DNA of 64,000 nt from Gammaproteobacteria bacterium (GCA_965202685.1 OZ241853.1:27381-91380), one strand, 5' to 3'; positions 10,470 to 29,330 are shown, counted from the first letter of the stretch. Numbers and translations: made by a program. Notes: generated by a model from the letters alone, not told the origin.

Positions 10470-10664
10470 TCAATCTTCTGTTCCGGCCTCTTGCGCCCCG
10501 CCCGGCTTCACCCCATCGGCCTCGGCCCGGGCCTGCCGACGCTTTCTCAGGGCCCTGAGAAGCCGTTGCAATGGATACCAGACGAAACCGACCACCATCA
10601 GCAGAAAGGCCGCCGCCACCACCAATAGCGAACCGATAGCAGCCAGACCGGCCCCTGGCCCCAT
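10470..10664 (-). CDS. possible small membrane protein (64 aa)
   Basis: MGPGAGLAAIGSLLVVAAAFLLMVVGFVWYPLQRLLRALRKRRQARAEAD has one TM helix and a basic tail. No family was recognised, and it could be a GC-rich spurious ORF. Confidence 0.3.
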   Translation of the reverse strand: MGPGAGLAAIGSLLVVAAAFLLMVVGFVWYPLQRLLRALRKRRQARAEADGVKPGGAQEAGTED

Positions 10665-11039
10665 GTAGGCCCAGGCCAGCCCTGGCGCCGCGCAACCCAG
10701 ACCCAGGACGCCCCAGCGCAAGGCGGGGGATGATCCAGGGGGGCGCGGAAGCCTTGTTCGCGGCGTTCTCATAGCGGGCGGCATGGTGCCACCTTTTGTC
10801 AAACCTGTCAACAAGGGGCCGGCCTCGGCCCGCCGACCTCAGGCTTCCAGGCCCTGGAGGCTGTTTAAAATCCAAAGCGGACAAAGCGGTTGCTTTTCTT
10901 TTTTCGTTGTGATAGAGTGTTGCGCTTTGCACGGCGACAGGGCGCAGTCCGTTGCCGCACTCCAAGAATAAACGCAACGCGCCGATGACAATGGGCAACG
11001 CGTGAATACCGACAACTCATTCATTTCAGGGGAGCTTTT

Positions 11040-12173
11040 ATGCAAATTGGTGTCCTGAAGGAGACCTTTCCGGGGGAAAACCGGGTTGCCGTCGCGCCGG
11101 ACGCGGCCAAAAAGCTGGTCAAGCTGGGCGCGGCCCTCACGGTGGAAGCCACAGCGGGAGAAGGTTGCGGCTTCATGGACGGAGACTACGCCGAGGCTGG
11201 CGCCGAAGTCAGTGCCAAACGCAAGGACCTGTTGACGAAATCCGAGGTCATCCTGCGCATCCGCAAGCCGGAAGCCGCTGAAATCGGCCAGTTGCAACAA
11301 GGCTGCATACACATCAGCTATCTGGATCCCTTCAACGAGGGCGACTTGGTGGCGGCCCTGGCGAAACAGGGGGTCAGCGCCATCAGCATGGAGATGATCC
11401 CCCGCACGACGCTGTCGCAGAAAATGGACGCCCTCAGCTCCCAGGCCAACTTGGCCGGTTATGTCGCGGTGATGATGGCGGCCAACAGCCTGAACCGGAT
11501 TTTCCCCATGATGATGACCCCCGCCGGCACCCTCAAGCCCGCCAAGGTGTTTGTGTTGGGCGCGGGCGTGGCGGGCCTGCAGGCCATTGCCACCGCCAAG
11601 CGCCTGGGGGCCAAGGTCACGGCCTTTGACACCCGTCCCGTGGTGGCGGAGCAGGTGCGCTCGGTCGGGGCGAAGTTCCTGGAGATCGACCTGGGCGAGA
11701 CGGGGCAAACCCAGGACGGCTACGCCAAGGAGCTGACCCCTGAGCAGGTGGAAAAGCAGCGCCAGGGCCAGAAGGAGGCCATCGCCGAGTCCGATGTGGT
11801 CATCACCACCGCCCAGGTGTTCGGGCGCAAGGCGCCGGTGTTAGTCACCCGCGACATGGTGGCGGCCATGCAGCCTGGCAGCGTCATCGTTGACATGGCG
11901 GCGGAAACCGGCGGCAATGTGGAGGGGTCGGCGGCCGGCCAGGAAACCGTGGTCAACGGCGTGACCATCATCGGCCAGGGCAACTGGCCCAATTATGTCT
12001 GCCGCGACGCCAGCCAAATGTACTCGTCCAACCTGTGCAACATGATCAGTCAATACTGGGACAAGGACCGCAACGCGCTGGCGCTGGACCTCGAGGATGA
12101 CATCATCCGCGGTTGCCTGATCACCCACGGCGGCGCCATCGTCAATGAAACCATCAAAAACCTGAACAGCTAA
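11040..12173 (+). CDS. pntAA: NAD(P) transhydrogenase subunit alpha part 1
   Basis: 377 aa: MQIGVLKETFPGENRVAVAPD..., Rossmann motif VFVLGAGVAGLQAIATAKRLGA. It is followed by the small alpha-2 and beta subunits. Confidence 0.93.
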   Translation: MQIGVLKETFPGENRVAVAPDAAKKLVKLGAALTVEATAGEGCGFMDGDYAEAGAEVSAKRKDLLTKSEVILRIRKPEAAEIGQLQQGCIHISYLDPFNEGDLVAALAKQGVSAISMEMIPRTTLSQKMDALSSQANLAGYVAVMMAANSLNRIFPMMMTPAGTLKPAKVFVLGAGVAGLQAIATAKRLGAKVTAFDTRPVVAEQVRSVGAKFLEIDLGETGQTQDGYAKELTPEQVEKQRQGQKEAIAESDVVITTAQVFGRKAPVLVTRDMVAAMQPGSVIVDMAAETGGNVEGSAAGQETVVNGVTIIGQGNWPNYVCRDASQMYSSNLCNMISQYWDKDRNALALDLEDDIIRGCLITHGGAIVNETIKNLNS

Positions 12174-12184
12174 AGGAGCCTCCC

Positions 12185-12492
12185 ATGGAAACCACTTTTG
12201 TCACCCTGGACGCGGTGTATTTAACTTTCATCCTCGTCTTGGCCATCTTCCTGGGCTTTGAGCTGATTAGCAAAGTCCCCGCCACCCTGCACACCCCCCT
12301 GATGTCCGGGGCCAACGCCATATCGGGCATCACCCTGGTGGGCGCGCTGTCCTCGTCCGGCGCGGGCCACGCTGAAGCGGCGGCCGTGTTGGGCACCTTG
12401 GGGGTCGTCTTCGCCACCATCAACGTCGTGGGCGGCTACATGGTGACGCACCGCATGCTGTCCATGTTCAAGAAGAAAGAAGGGAGCGGACA

Positions 12493-12496
<4 letters not shown>
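12185..12496 (+). CDS. pntAB: NAD(P) transhydrogenase subunit alpha part 2 (membrane)
   Basis: 103 aa, 3 TM helices, LHTPLMSGANAISGI motif. It overlaps the pntB start. Confidence 0.9.
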
Positions 12497-17659
<5,163 letters not shown>

Positions 17660-17675
17660 GAATGCCCCGCCCCCG

Positions 17676-20189
17676 CTATTGCTGAGTGTGTTTTTCTCTA
17701 CGCCGCGCGCTTTTTGCTTCATCAAGGGCTTCTTCTCTCAAAGCGATGATTTCTCTTTCGATTTTTTCCCTCCCCGCCACTATCTGTTTCATCCTTTCCT
17801 TGATGCGGCTTCTTTTCTCACTGTCTCTATGCAACGGAAGATGAAGTTCACGCCAACGCCCTCCTATGTTAGGCAAAGTGGTGTCAATAAACACCTTGTT
17901 GTAAAGTTGTTGTTTAGTGAGCTCATGGGTGATCAGATAGGCCAAATAAAAGGCATCTATCTCATACTTGTTGTCAGCATCGATAATTCTGAACACAAGA
18001 CAGTGGCTATTCAACAATATCTCGGTGTCCGTAGGAAGAAGCACGGCTACATCGCCTACGCGATAACTTCCTTCTTTGACAAAGATTAAATCTCTCGCTC
18101 TTAACTCCACCCCCGTTCCTTTCACCTGCTGGTAAATATGCTCGGGAACTCCAGACACAGGATTCTTGTATATTGACAAATTGCCTATGTCGCCCGCTCT
18201 AACATAAGGCACATCGCCTAATCCTTTGTATTCTCCAGGAGGAGAGCCGTGTCCTTTGTGAACTTCCATGATGCCTTCCTCAACCAAGTTGCCCAATGGC
18301 AACCAGTCAATGTTTTCATCTTCTGAAAGATGATTCTCTCTCTTCCAATAATATCTTGGAACATAGATGTCGTTTTTTATTTCCGCGCGCTTTTTGCAAA
18401 AGACATGTTTGTTTTCGTTAGCGTCAGGACGACTTATTTCCTCCTGTATGCAGCGAGTGTCATCCCAGACTTCATCCGATATTTTGCCTTCCACGGGTTT
18501 CATCATGACCTTCCCTAAATGATTTTTTCCCATTTGTTCCGCGACGCCAAAAATGACATCTTTCTGCGGCGCGCCTTTCTCCAAAACAAGCAATAGGGTT
18601 TTTGCATTGCAATGTGGGCGGAAAGTGTTATGCGGCAGATCAATCACAGCCTTGATATTGTTGCCTTGTTGCATGTATTGAATAATGTGTTTTTTGGTCG
18701 GCGCGTGAAAATAGGTTTCCGGAAGCACAATGGCCAATCGTCCGCCTTCTTTCAGCATATCCAGACAGCGTTCGATAAAAAGCTCCTGAGGGGGCGTTTT
18801 CACCACCTTATCGGTCTTGATGAATTCTCCCTCTTCGCCTCGTTTCCACTTGTGTCCTAAATCAAATTGAGCGCACTCCGCCTCCAACACTTTTGTTTCT
18901 TTGCTTCCAAAGGGGGGATTAGTGAGGATAACATCGAATTTTTTGAATTGCTCAGTGTTTTCCACAAACAGGTTTTTCGCATTGCCGTCAAAATCTTCCG
19001 GGGCGTGAAGGGAATTTTGCTGAACGATGTTGCTGCCGCCATCTCCGATAATTGACATGTACGCCTTGGTGATCTTCACCAGATCAATTTCTTTGTCTAT
19101 CCCGCAGATGGTTTTTTTCGCCATCCTTCTCTTTTCCAATTCAAACTCGCCAGCGGGCATGTTTTTCCATTTTCTGTCTTCCCGCATCTGTTCCCAGATA
19201 TGACTGAGAGCGAAAATCAAAAATCCGCCACTGCCGCAGGCAGGATCGCATATCATCTCATCGGGCTTCGGATTGACAAGCCGCACCGCGATTTTCACAA
19301 TCTCTCTGGGGGTGAAAAACTCCCCCTTTTCACCCACCAGCTTGGATTCAGCAAACACTTCAAACGCATCGCCAACCACATCTTGATCCGCGCCGATCAG
19401 GGAATACATTTGCAGTTCGCCAACCACATAGGCAATCCCATTGTCATCCAAGGTGATCTGCTCTCCCCCTTCAAAAATGCCTTCAACTTCTAGATCCTTT
19501 TTGACATCATCAAACAAGCGCTTTACTTTTTGAGCAACGGCGGTCTTATCCTCGTTAGCGCCAATCCTGAATTTCGGGACGCCTTCCACATCGTAACGCT
19601 CGTCTTGCATCTTGCAAAACAACAGGCGGATCATTTCATTGCCCAGCTTTTCTCTGCGGCTGATGTTTGTGTTGGTGTAAAGGGTGTTAAGAATGCGCCG
19701 AAAGATGAGCTTCAAATTGCTCGCAGGCTTTAGCGAGGCCTTATTCTGCAAACTGCCTATATCTTCTATCGTTTCACCGCTTCTTGGTATTTGATAGATT
19801 GCATTGCGCTTGACTTCTCCTGAGGCATGATCCCGCCACAGGTATTCGATTTCCTCGCCGTTTGTCCACACGCCCCAGGCGCAGGAAGTCGCAGTCATGT
19901 AGCTAATTAACTGATTGATCCCGTCTTTTCTATCTTTTCTTTTAGCCTCGACAATTCCCCATACATCGGCGCCTTGCGCTCTCTTTTTTGCGTCTGTCGT
20001 TTTATAAACAACGAGGTCTGCTTTCTCTCTGCGCCGACTTCCTCGCTGCACCAGGACTTCAATATCCATCTGCTCCTTGAGGTAGCCATAATCATGGCAC
20101 AGGACTTTCTCATAATCCTGTCTCACCTGTTCCTCAGGAGTGTCTCTCACTGGCTTGTCTGTCGCCCAATCTTTCATGCCGCCCATCAC
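17676..20189 (-). CDS. single-chain restriction-modification protein B (paralog of A, same three-module architecture)
   Basis: ADLVVY...WGIVEAKRK; ICDPACGSGGFL; ILTNPPFG; shared blocks LPETYFHAP and DLPHNTFRPHCNAK; TRD with TTLPNIGGRWRELHLPL followed by a helix. The true start is probably ATG 20177 (MKDWATD). It is the most AT-rich gene in the window by eye. Confidence 0.8.
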   Translation of the reverse strand: MMGGMKDWATDKPVRDTPEEQVRQDYEKVLCHDYGYLKEQMDIEVLVQRGSRRREKADLVVYKTTDAKKRAQGADVWGIVEAKRKDRKDGINQLISYMTATSCAWGVWTNGEEIEYLWRDHASGEVKRNAIYQIPRSGETIEDIGSLQNKASLKPASNLKLIFRRILNTLYTNTNISRREKLGNEMIRLLFCKMQDERYDVEGVPKFRIGANEDKTAVAQKVKRLFDDVKKDLEVEGIFEGGEQITLDDNGIAYVVGELQMYSLIGADQDVVGDAFEVFAESKLVGEKGEFFTPREIVKIAVRLVNPKPDEMICDPACGSGGFLIFALSHIWEQMREDRKWKNMPAGEFELEKRRMAKKTICGIDKEIDLVKITKAYMSIIGDGGSNIVQQNSLHAPEDFDGNAKNLFVENTEQFKKFDVILTNPPFGSKETKVLEAECAQFDLGHKWKRGEEGEFIKTDKVVKTPPQELFIERCLDMLKEGGRLAIVLPETYFHAPTKKHIIQYMQQGNNIKAVIDLPHNTFRPHCNAKTLLLVLEKGAPQKDVIFGVAEQMGKNHLGKVMMKPVEGKISDEVWDDTRCIQEEISRPDANENKHVFCKKRAEIKNDIYVPRYYWKRENHLSEDENIDWLPLGNLVEEGIMEVHKGHGSPPGEYKGLGDVPYVRAGDIGNLSIYKNPVSGVPEHIYQQVKGTGVELRARDLIFVKEGSYRVGDVAVLLPTDTEILLNSHCLVFRIIDADNKYEIDAFYLAYLITHELTKQQLYNKVFIDTTLPNIGGRWRELHLPLHRDSEKRSRIKERMKQIVAGREKIEREIIALREEALDEAKSARRREKHTQQ

Positions 20190-20371
20190 TCTTTAATCAT
20201 CGATGTCTTCTTGGCCTTCAACCTTCCCGTTACAGGCCGAACAACCGCTCATGCAACCGCTTCCCCCTGGGGTTCGTTCATTCGCGGGCCGCGACCCGCT
20301 GTCTGCCTGAGGCGCAAGGCCTTAGCCATGACTCTCCCCTCGCTCCGGCTTCGCGCGCCATTCTACCAAAT

Positions 20372-20400
20372 ATAGTAGATGATTTCCTGAAAAAACGCAA
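20372..20400 (-). promoter_or_regulatory. candidate sigma70 promoter for the R-M pair
   Basis: On the minus strand: TTGCGT (20400-20395), a 17-nt spacer, then TACTAT (20377-20372), about 185 nt upstream of gene B. This is pattern match only. Confidence 0.3.
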
Positions 20401-20626
20401 TATGAGGGAAAATCAACCCAGGGCCGCGAACCCGTCCGTCCCGTTCTTGCGGCGGCGCGGCGGCGCGGCGGCCTTCCGGCCCCCGACTCCCGCCCTGATA
20501 GGAGGGGCGCCCCCGGCAAGGGCGCGAGTCATCCGCAGGTCATCGTCCTGGGGGGCATGTCCTCACCGGTGGCGGCATCTACCCAGGCGCATGGCAACGC
20601 GGGTCATCGCCCTGGGGAGCCTATCC

Positions 20627-21409
20627 TCACTGCTCCCTGCTGGCGCGGCGCAGGTGGAATTCCGCCAAGGCAAGGTCCTCCGGCCGGGCGATTTTGATGT
20701 TGTGGGCGCCGGCCGGCACGATCCGGGGCTTGCGGCCCTGGCTCTCCATGGCCTGGGCTTCGTCAGTCGCCACCCCGCCTTTCGCCACCACGGCGGCAAG
20801 ACTTTCCCTTAGCGTGGACAGGCGAAACATTTGCGGCGTCAGGGCCCGCCACAAGCCGTCGCGGTTGATCGTTGTCTGAACCTCGTAGGTCGCCGCGGGG
20901 GGCGAGCTCTCCCCGCGGGCCGGACCCTCCCCGCGGGCCGGACCCTCCCCGCGGACGCCGCCTTGCTCCGCTCGCTTCACCGTGTCGCTGAGGGGCGCGG
21001 CCAACAAACCGCCGACGGCATGATCCTTGACCGCGGCAATGAGCAGATCCAGGTCTGCTGACTTCACGCAAGGTCTTGCCGCGTCATGGACCAACACCCA
21101 ATCATCCTCAGCGGCCTGGTCCGCCAGGTGGTTCAGCCCGTTCAACACCGAGTGGCAACGCTCCGCTCCGCCACTGGCGCGGCTGATCTTGGGATGGCGG
21201 GACACCCCTAAGGCATCCCAATGCGGATCATCCTCCGCGATGGCGACGACGATGCCGGCGATCAGCGGATGATCGCAGAAAGGCGCAAGACTGTGTTCAA
21301 TCACGGTTTTATCCAGGAGCTTGAGATATTGCTTGGGTTTTTCAGCGCCCATGCGCCGTCCAATGCCCGCCGCTGGCACGACAGCCCAGCAATTCGCCCC
21401 ACCGCTCAT
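20627..21409 (-). CDS. ispD: 2-C-methyl-D-erythritol 4-phosphate cytidylyltransferase
   Basis: 260 aa: WAVVPAAGIGRRMG...KQYL, ...VLVHDAARPCV, ...GLWRALTPQMF. It carries an in-frame repeat insertion (see findings). Confidence 0.9.
   Translation of the reverse strand: MSGGANCWAVVPAAGIGRRMGAEKPKQYLKLLDKTVIEHSLAPFCDHPLIAGIVVAIAEDDPHWDALGVSRHPKISRASGGAERCHSVLNGLNHLADQAAEDDWVLVHDAARPCVKSADLDLLIAAVKDHAVGGLLAAPLSDTVKRAEQGGVRGEGPARGEGPARGESSPPAATYEVQTTINRDGLWRALTPQMFRLSTLRESLAAVVAKGGVATDEAQAMESQGRKPRIVPAGAHNIKIARPEDLALAEFHLRRASREQ
20909..20956. repeat. 18-bp in-frame tandem repeat, about 2.7 copies, inside ispD
   Basis: ctccccgcgggccggacc occurs at 20909 and 20927, with a partial copy at 20945. It encodes GEGPAR GEGPAR. 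Confidence 0.9.
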
Positions 21410-21430
21410 GGCAAGGCCCTTAGGCCAAGT

Positions 21431-21550
21431 GCCTCATGGCGCCGGCCATGAAGCAGGCGCAGACGAGGGTTGCGCCACAAGGGCCTCATGGCGCCGGCCA
21501 TGAAGCAGGCGCAGACGAGGGTTGCGCCACAAGGGCCTCATGGCGCCGGC
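21431..21550. repeat. 52-bp tandem repeat, about 2.3 copies
   Basis: gcctcatggcgccggccatgaagcaggcgcagacgagggttgcgccacaagg starts at 21431 and 21483, with a partial copy at 21535. The last copy supplies the 3' end and stop region of ftsB. Confidence 0.9.
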
Positions 21551-21867
21551 GCGCCGTCAGCAACGCCATCAGAAACCGCCTCAGAACCAAGCTCCCCACC
21601 CTCGACGATCTGATAGAACACCTCGTCATCCTTGACCATGCCCATTTCGGTGCGGGCCTTCTCTTCCACCGCGTCCAGGCCGTGTTTGAGATCCATCACC
21701 TCGGCGGCCAGGGAATCGTTCCGCTCCCGGGCCTGCTTGTTTCCCTCTATCAGTTGCTCTTTCGCCGTCTCCAATTGGCGCACATCCCTCATTCCGCCAG
21801 GGCTGAACCAGAGCCGGTACTGCAACAGCCCCAACAAAACCAGCAGTATCAACACCAAAAGCCGCAC
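21538..21867 (-). CDS. ftsB: cell division protein FtsB
   Basis: 109 aa: MRLLVLILLVLLGLLQYRLWFSPGG, one TM helix and a leucine-zipper coiled coil. It sits in the conserved eno-ftsB-ispD context. Confidence 0.88.
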   Translation of the reverse strand: MRLLVLILLVLLGLLQYRLWFSPGGMRDVRQLETAKEQLIEGNKQARERNDSLAAEVMDLKHGLDAVEEKARTEMGMVKDDEVFYQIVEGGELGSEAVSDGVADGAPAP

Positions 21868-21871
21868 GCCA

Positions 21872-24008
<2,137 letters not shown>

Positions 24009-24024
24009 CCCCCCGCCCTCAGGG

Positions 24025-25779
<1,755 letters not shown>

Positions 25780-25896
25780 TCAAGCCAGTGCCGTGGGAGC
25801 GCCATCTATGGAGGGGCATGTTAACACAGATGGCAGGGCCTGGCGAGGGAACAGGCCCGCGAAGCCCGGCCCCGAACCGGGGGCCAACCCCCGTTC

Positions 25897-27132
25897 TCAG
25901 GCCCGGCCCGCAGGGTCAACCCGGCGCAAGCAGGCGGCTTCCACTTCTTGCGCCGACCGGCAGCCCAACAACATCAAATTCCGCCTGATCTCCTCGGTTA
26001 AGAGTTGCAGGGCCCGGTCAACCCCCGCCTCGCCCCCGGCCCCCAAGCCGAACAAATAGGCCCGGCCTATCATCACCGCCTTGGCTCCCAGGGCCAAAGC
26101 CTTGATCACATCGGCGCCCCGGCGAACGCCGCCATCCAAAATGACTTCCGCCTTGTCCCCCACCGCCGCGGCAATCTCCGGCAACACGGACAGCGGGGAA
26201 GGCGCCTGGTCCAATTGCCGCCCGCCGTGGTTGGACACAATCACCGCCGTGGCCCCTGCGTCCACCGCGCGCCGGGCGTCGGCGGCGTTCAATATCCCCT
26301 TGATGGCGAAGGGGCCGTCCCATTCCGAGATGATCCACGCCAGGTCTTCCCAGGTCACGGCGGGGTCAAACTGACTGGAGGTGTAATCGATGACGGAAAA
26401 CAGATCCTGAGCGGCCCCGGCATGGTCCCGCACATTCGCCAACTCCAGGCGCGGACTGCTCAGAAAACGCCACAGCCAGCTGGGGCGCCGCAGGATGTCC
26501 ATGGCGTTGGCCAAGCGCAACTGGGGCGGCACCGTGAACCCGTTTCTGAGGTCCCGCTCCCGTTGCCCCGCCACCGGCAGGTCCACGGTCAGGCACAAGG
26601 CGCAGTAGCCGGCCGCCCGGGCCCGGTTGATGAACTGCCGCAGCAATTCACGGTCGCGCCACACATAGAGCTGGAACAGCTTGGGGCCCGGGGCGGCCGC
26701 CGCCACCTCCTCGATGGACAGGGTGGACATGGAGGACAAAGAATACAGCGTGCCGGCTTTATGCGCGGCCCGAGCCGCCGCCGCCTCGCCGGCGTGGTGA
26801 AACAGGCGCGACATGCCCGTCGGCGCCAACACAAAAGGCGTGGCGACGCGGACCCCTAACACGGAAACGGACAGGTCCGCCTCCTTGACGCCGGTCAAAC
26901 AACGGGGGACTAACGCATACTGGCTGAAGTCGTCCGAGTTCCGTCTCAGCGCGACCTCATCCTCCGCCGCGCCGTCCATGTAATCGAACACGGCCCGGGG
27001 CAGGCGCTGGCGCGCCACTTGGCGCAAGTCGGCGATGGAGTGACACCGGGCCAAGGCCCGGCTCACGGGCTGTCCCTCCTGGAGGCGAGCCGGGGCGTGA
27101 GGGTCCCGCCCCCGGGCCAGGCGTCCGCTCAC
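25897..27132 (-). CDS. FMN-dependent alpha-hydroxy-acid dehydrogenase (L-lactate dehydrogenase/glycolate oxidase family)
   Basis: SIADLRQVARQRLPRAVFDYMDGAAEDE, VSNHGGRQLD and GRAYLFGLGAGGE motifs. The exact start is uncertain. Confidence 0.85.
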   Translation of the reverse strand: MSGRLARGRDPHAPARLQEGQPVSRALARCHSIADLRQVARQRLPRAVFDYMDGAAEDEVALRRNSDDFSQYALVPRCLTGVKEADLSVSVLGVRVATPFVLAPTGMSRLFHHAGEAAAARAAHKAGTLYSLSSMSTLSIEEVAAAAPGPKLFQLYVWRDRELLRQFINRARAAGYCALCLTVDLPVAGQRERDLRNGFTVPPQLRLANAMDILRRPSWLWRFLSSPRLELANVRDHAGAAQDLFSVIDYTSSQFDPAVTWEDLAWIISEWDGPFAIKGILNAADARRAVDAGATAVIVSNHGGRQLDQAPSPLSVLPEIAAAVGDKAEVILDGGVRRGADVIKALALGAKAVMIGRAYLFGLGAGGEAGVDRALQLLTEEIRRNLMLLGCRSAQEVEAACLRRVDPAGRA

Positions 27133-27208
27133 GGCCGCCGCGCCGGGTGGGCCTGGGGCCGGTTAGCCTGGCGCGTCACGAGTCCAGCCCCCGGCAGGCC
27201 CGCGCCAC

Positions 27209-28129
27209 TCAGGGGCTTTCCGCCCGTTGCAGGTCGTAGAGGATGCGCAGAAACATGTCGGGCTTGAGAAAATCCCTGCCCCAGGTCTCATCGTAATCCG
27301 CATTGGGCTTCAGCGCGATGATCTCATCTATGGACTTCCCTGCCGCGATGAGTTTCGCCATCCTGCCGCTCACCGTCTCCAACATGACAAGATAGTCCCG
27401 CATGGCCTGCTTGTCCCCCAGGGGGCCGTGTCCGGGGATGATGCGGGTGTCGTCATCGGCGAGCGCGAGAATGGCCTTGATGGTCTTGATGGCGCCGCTG
27501 ACAGAGCCGCCGCTGGAGATGTCCATGAAGGGATACACGCCGTTAAACCACAAATCGCCGGTGTGGATCACATTGGCGTTGACGAAGTGAATGAGGCTGT
27601 CGCCATCGGTGTGCGAGTTCTTGTAGTGAATCACCCGCGCCTCATCGCCGTTCAGGTGCAGGGTCAGGTTGTCGTTGAAGGTCAGCACCGGCAACGCGGC
27701 CTTGGGGGAGGCCGGGACCACGCTTCCAAAAGCGGCGATTTCCGTGTCCACCGACATGCGCTTGCGAACATTGTGGTGCGCGACGATGACCACCCCCTCG
27801 CCCGCCAACAGCTCGTTGCCCCCGGTATGGTCGTAATGCCAGTGGGTGTTGATCAGAAACCTGATGGGCTGGTCTGACAGGGCCGCGACGGCGGCCTTGA
27901 TCTTCTCGCTCAACGGCGCGAACTGATCGTCTATCATAAACACGCCGTCCGCGCCGACGGACACGCCGATGTTGCCGCCTTCGCCAGTCAGCATGTAGAT
28001 GCCCTCCGCCACCTTCTGGGTCTTTATCTCGATGGCGGCGAACCTGTCTTCCTGGGCCTGAACCGGGGCGGATGCGAGCAGGCCCGCCGCCAACGCGAGG
28101 GCGGCGCGCCTGAGAGGTCTGTTGCTCAT
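27209..28129 (-). CDS. secreted MBL-fold metallo-hydrolase
   Basis: Signal peptide MSNRPLRRAALALAAGLLASAPVQA from ATG 28129, and the HWHYDHTGG (HxHxDH) motif. Confidence 0.85.
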   Translation of the reverse strand: MSNRPLRRAALALAAGLLASAPVQAQEDRFAAIEIKTQKVAEGIYMLTGEGGNIGVSVGADGVFMIDDQFAPLSEKIKAAVAALSDQPIRFLINTHWHYDHTGGNELLAGEGVVIVAHHNVRKRMSVDTEIAAFGSVVPASPKAALPVLTFNDNLTLHLNGDEARVIHYKNSHTDGDSLIHFVNANVIHTGDLWFNGVYPFMDISSGGSVSGAIKTIKAILALADDDTRIIPGHGPLGDKQAMRDYLVMLETVSGRMAKLIAAGKSIDEIIALKPNADYDETWGRDFLKPDMFLRILYDLQRAESP

Positions 28130-28239
28130 GGCTCTCTCCTGTTGTGGGGTGGGTTTTAGTATAACCCACTTCCGCAAAGGAGAGCGGCAGGCAGTGGCCT
28201 AAGCGCCGACTGACGGGCGCTCCCGGCGCGGCGCGCCTC

Positions 28240-29055
28240 CTAAGCCGAAGGATGCCAGCCCGCGTCCGCCCAGAGTTGCCCGGACACGATGGCGTTGGAG
28301 ATCATGAAGCAGATCGCGTCGGCGATCTCCGCCGGCCGGATCAGCCTGCCGATCTGGGTGGCGGGCAAGATGTGGCTCTCCACATAATCATCGCCCAGGG
28401 CCCGCACCAGAGGCGTGTCGGTGAAACCAGGGTGAATCACCCCGCAACGCACCCCGTGGTGCATGGCCTCCTTGGTCAGGGTCGAGGCCGCGCCAGCCAG
28501 GCCGGCCTTGGTGGCGGCGTAGGAGACCTGCCCTTTCACCCCTTGGGAGGACACCGAACCGATGAAAATGACCGCGCCCTGGGTCTTTTCATTGGGTCGC
28601 CATTTTTTCAGCCCGCGCCGGGCCCGCTCCTCCGCCACCCGCGCGATCATTTCCATGCCCCAGTACGCGGCGGCGATCAGGTTGATCTTCACCACCTGCT
28701 CAAAGTCTTCCCGGGGGTAAATGACCGCCTTCCCCGAGGCCTTGTCCACCTTCACGGCCAAGGCGTCCCGGGTGAGGCCGGCGGCCGGGACGCAGATGGT
28801 CGCCACCTCGCCCTCCTGGCGCACTTCGTCATAGACCCGGACGCGGAAGGAGTCATCGCTCACATCGCCCTGGTGCGCTGTGGCGACGGGCCTCCCCACC
28901 GCGTTGTTGATCTCTTCGGCGACAGCGCCAACCTGTTCCGATTGATCCACCACCGCCACTCTGCCAGCTTGGCGCCGGGCCAATTCGAGGCACAGGGCCC
29001 TGCCGATGCCGCTGGCCCCGCCTGTCACGACCGCGATTCGGTCCTGTATCCGCAT
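28240..29055 (-). CDS. SDR-family oxidoreductase
   Basis: TGGASGIGRAL cofactor motif and the YAATKAG (YxxxK) catalytic motif; 271 aa. Confidence 0.88.
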   Translation of the reverse strand: MRIQDRIAVVTGGASGIGRALCLELARRQAGRVAVVDQSEQVGAVAEEINNAVGRPVATAHQGDVSDDSFRVRVYDEVRQEGEVATICVPAAGLTRDALAVKVDKASGKAVIYPREDFEQVVKINLIAAAYWGMEMIARVAEERARRGLKKWRPNEKTQGAVIFIGSVSSQGVKGQVSYAATKAGLAGAASTLTKEAMHHGVRCGVIHPGFTDTPLVRALGDDYVESHILPATQIGRLIRPAEIADAICFMISNAIVSGQLWADAGWHPSA

Positions 29056-29171
29056 AGTTCGCCTCCTCTCTTAAGCGCGTTTCAGGCGGCTATTCTACAC
29101 GGCGTTTTGTTGCAATGCAAAACTTAGTGATTATTAAGAAAATCAAATAGTTGCCATCATTTTAATGCGCT

Positions 29172-29330
29172 GCAACGAGGGCCGGCGGGGCTCAGCCCGC
29201 CCCTGCGGGGCGGCGTGAAAGAAAACGCGTCGCAACGAGGGCCGGCGGGGCTCAGCCCGCCCCTGCGGGGCGGCGTGAAAGAAAACGCGCCCCAACGAAA
29301 GCCGGCGGGGGCCAACCCGCCTCCGCGCCG
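29172..29330. repeat. 60-bp tandem repeat, about 2.6 copies, with an internal GC hairpin
   Basis: gcaacgagggccggcggggctcagcccgcccctgcggggcggcgtgaaagaaaacgcg starts at 29172 and 29232, with a degenerate copy from 29292. CCGCCCC/GGGGCGG are inverted within the unit. Confidence 0.9.

Noticed and set aside
10839-11708. 289-aa minus-strand ORF overlapping the start of pntAA
   Set aside because: It is antisense to the well-supported pntAA gene and its composition is His/Gly/Arg-rich.
20537-20625. Two similar ~28-nt segments (ggtcatcg.cctgggg.gc.t.tcctcac) just downstream of ispD
   Set aside because: There are only two imperfect copies, with no hairpin or T-run for a terminator and no ORF. This is too weak to call a feature.
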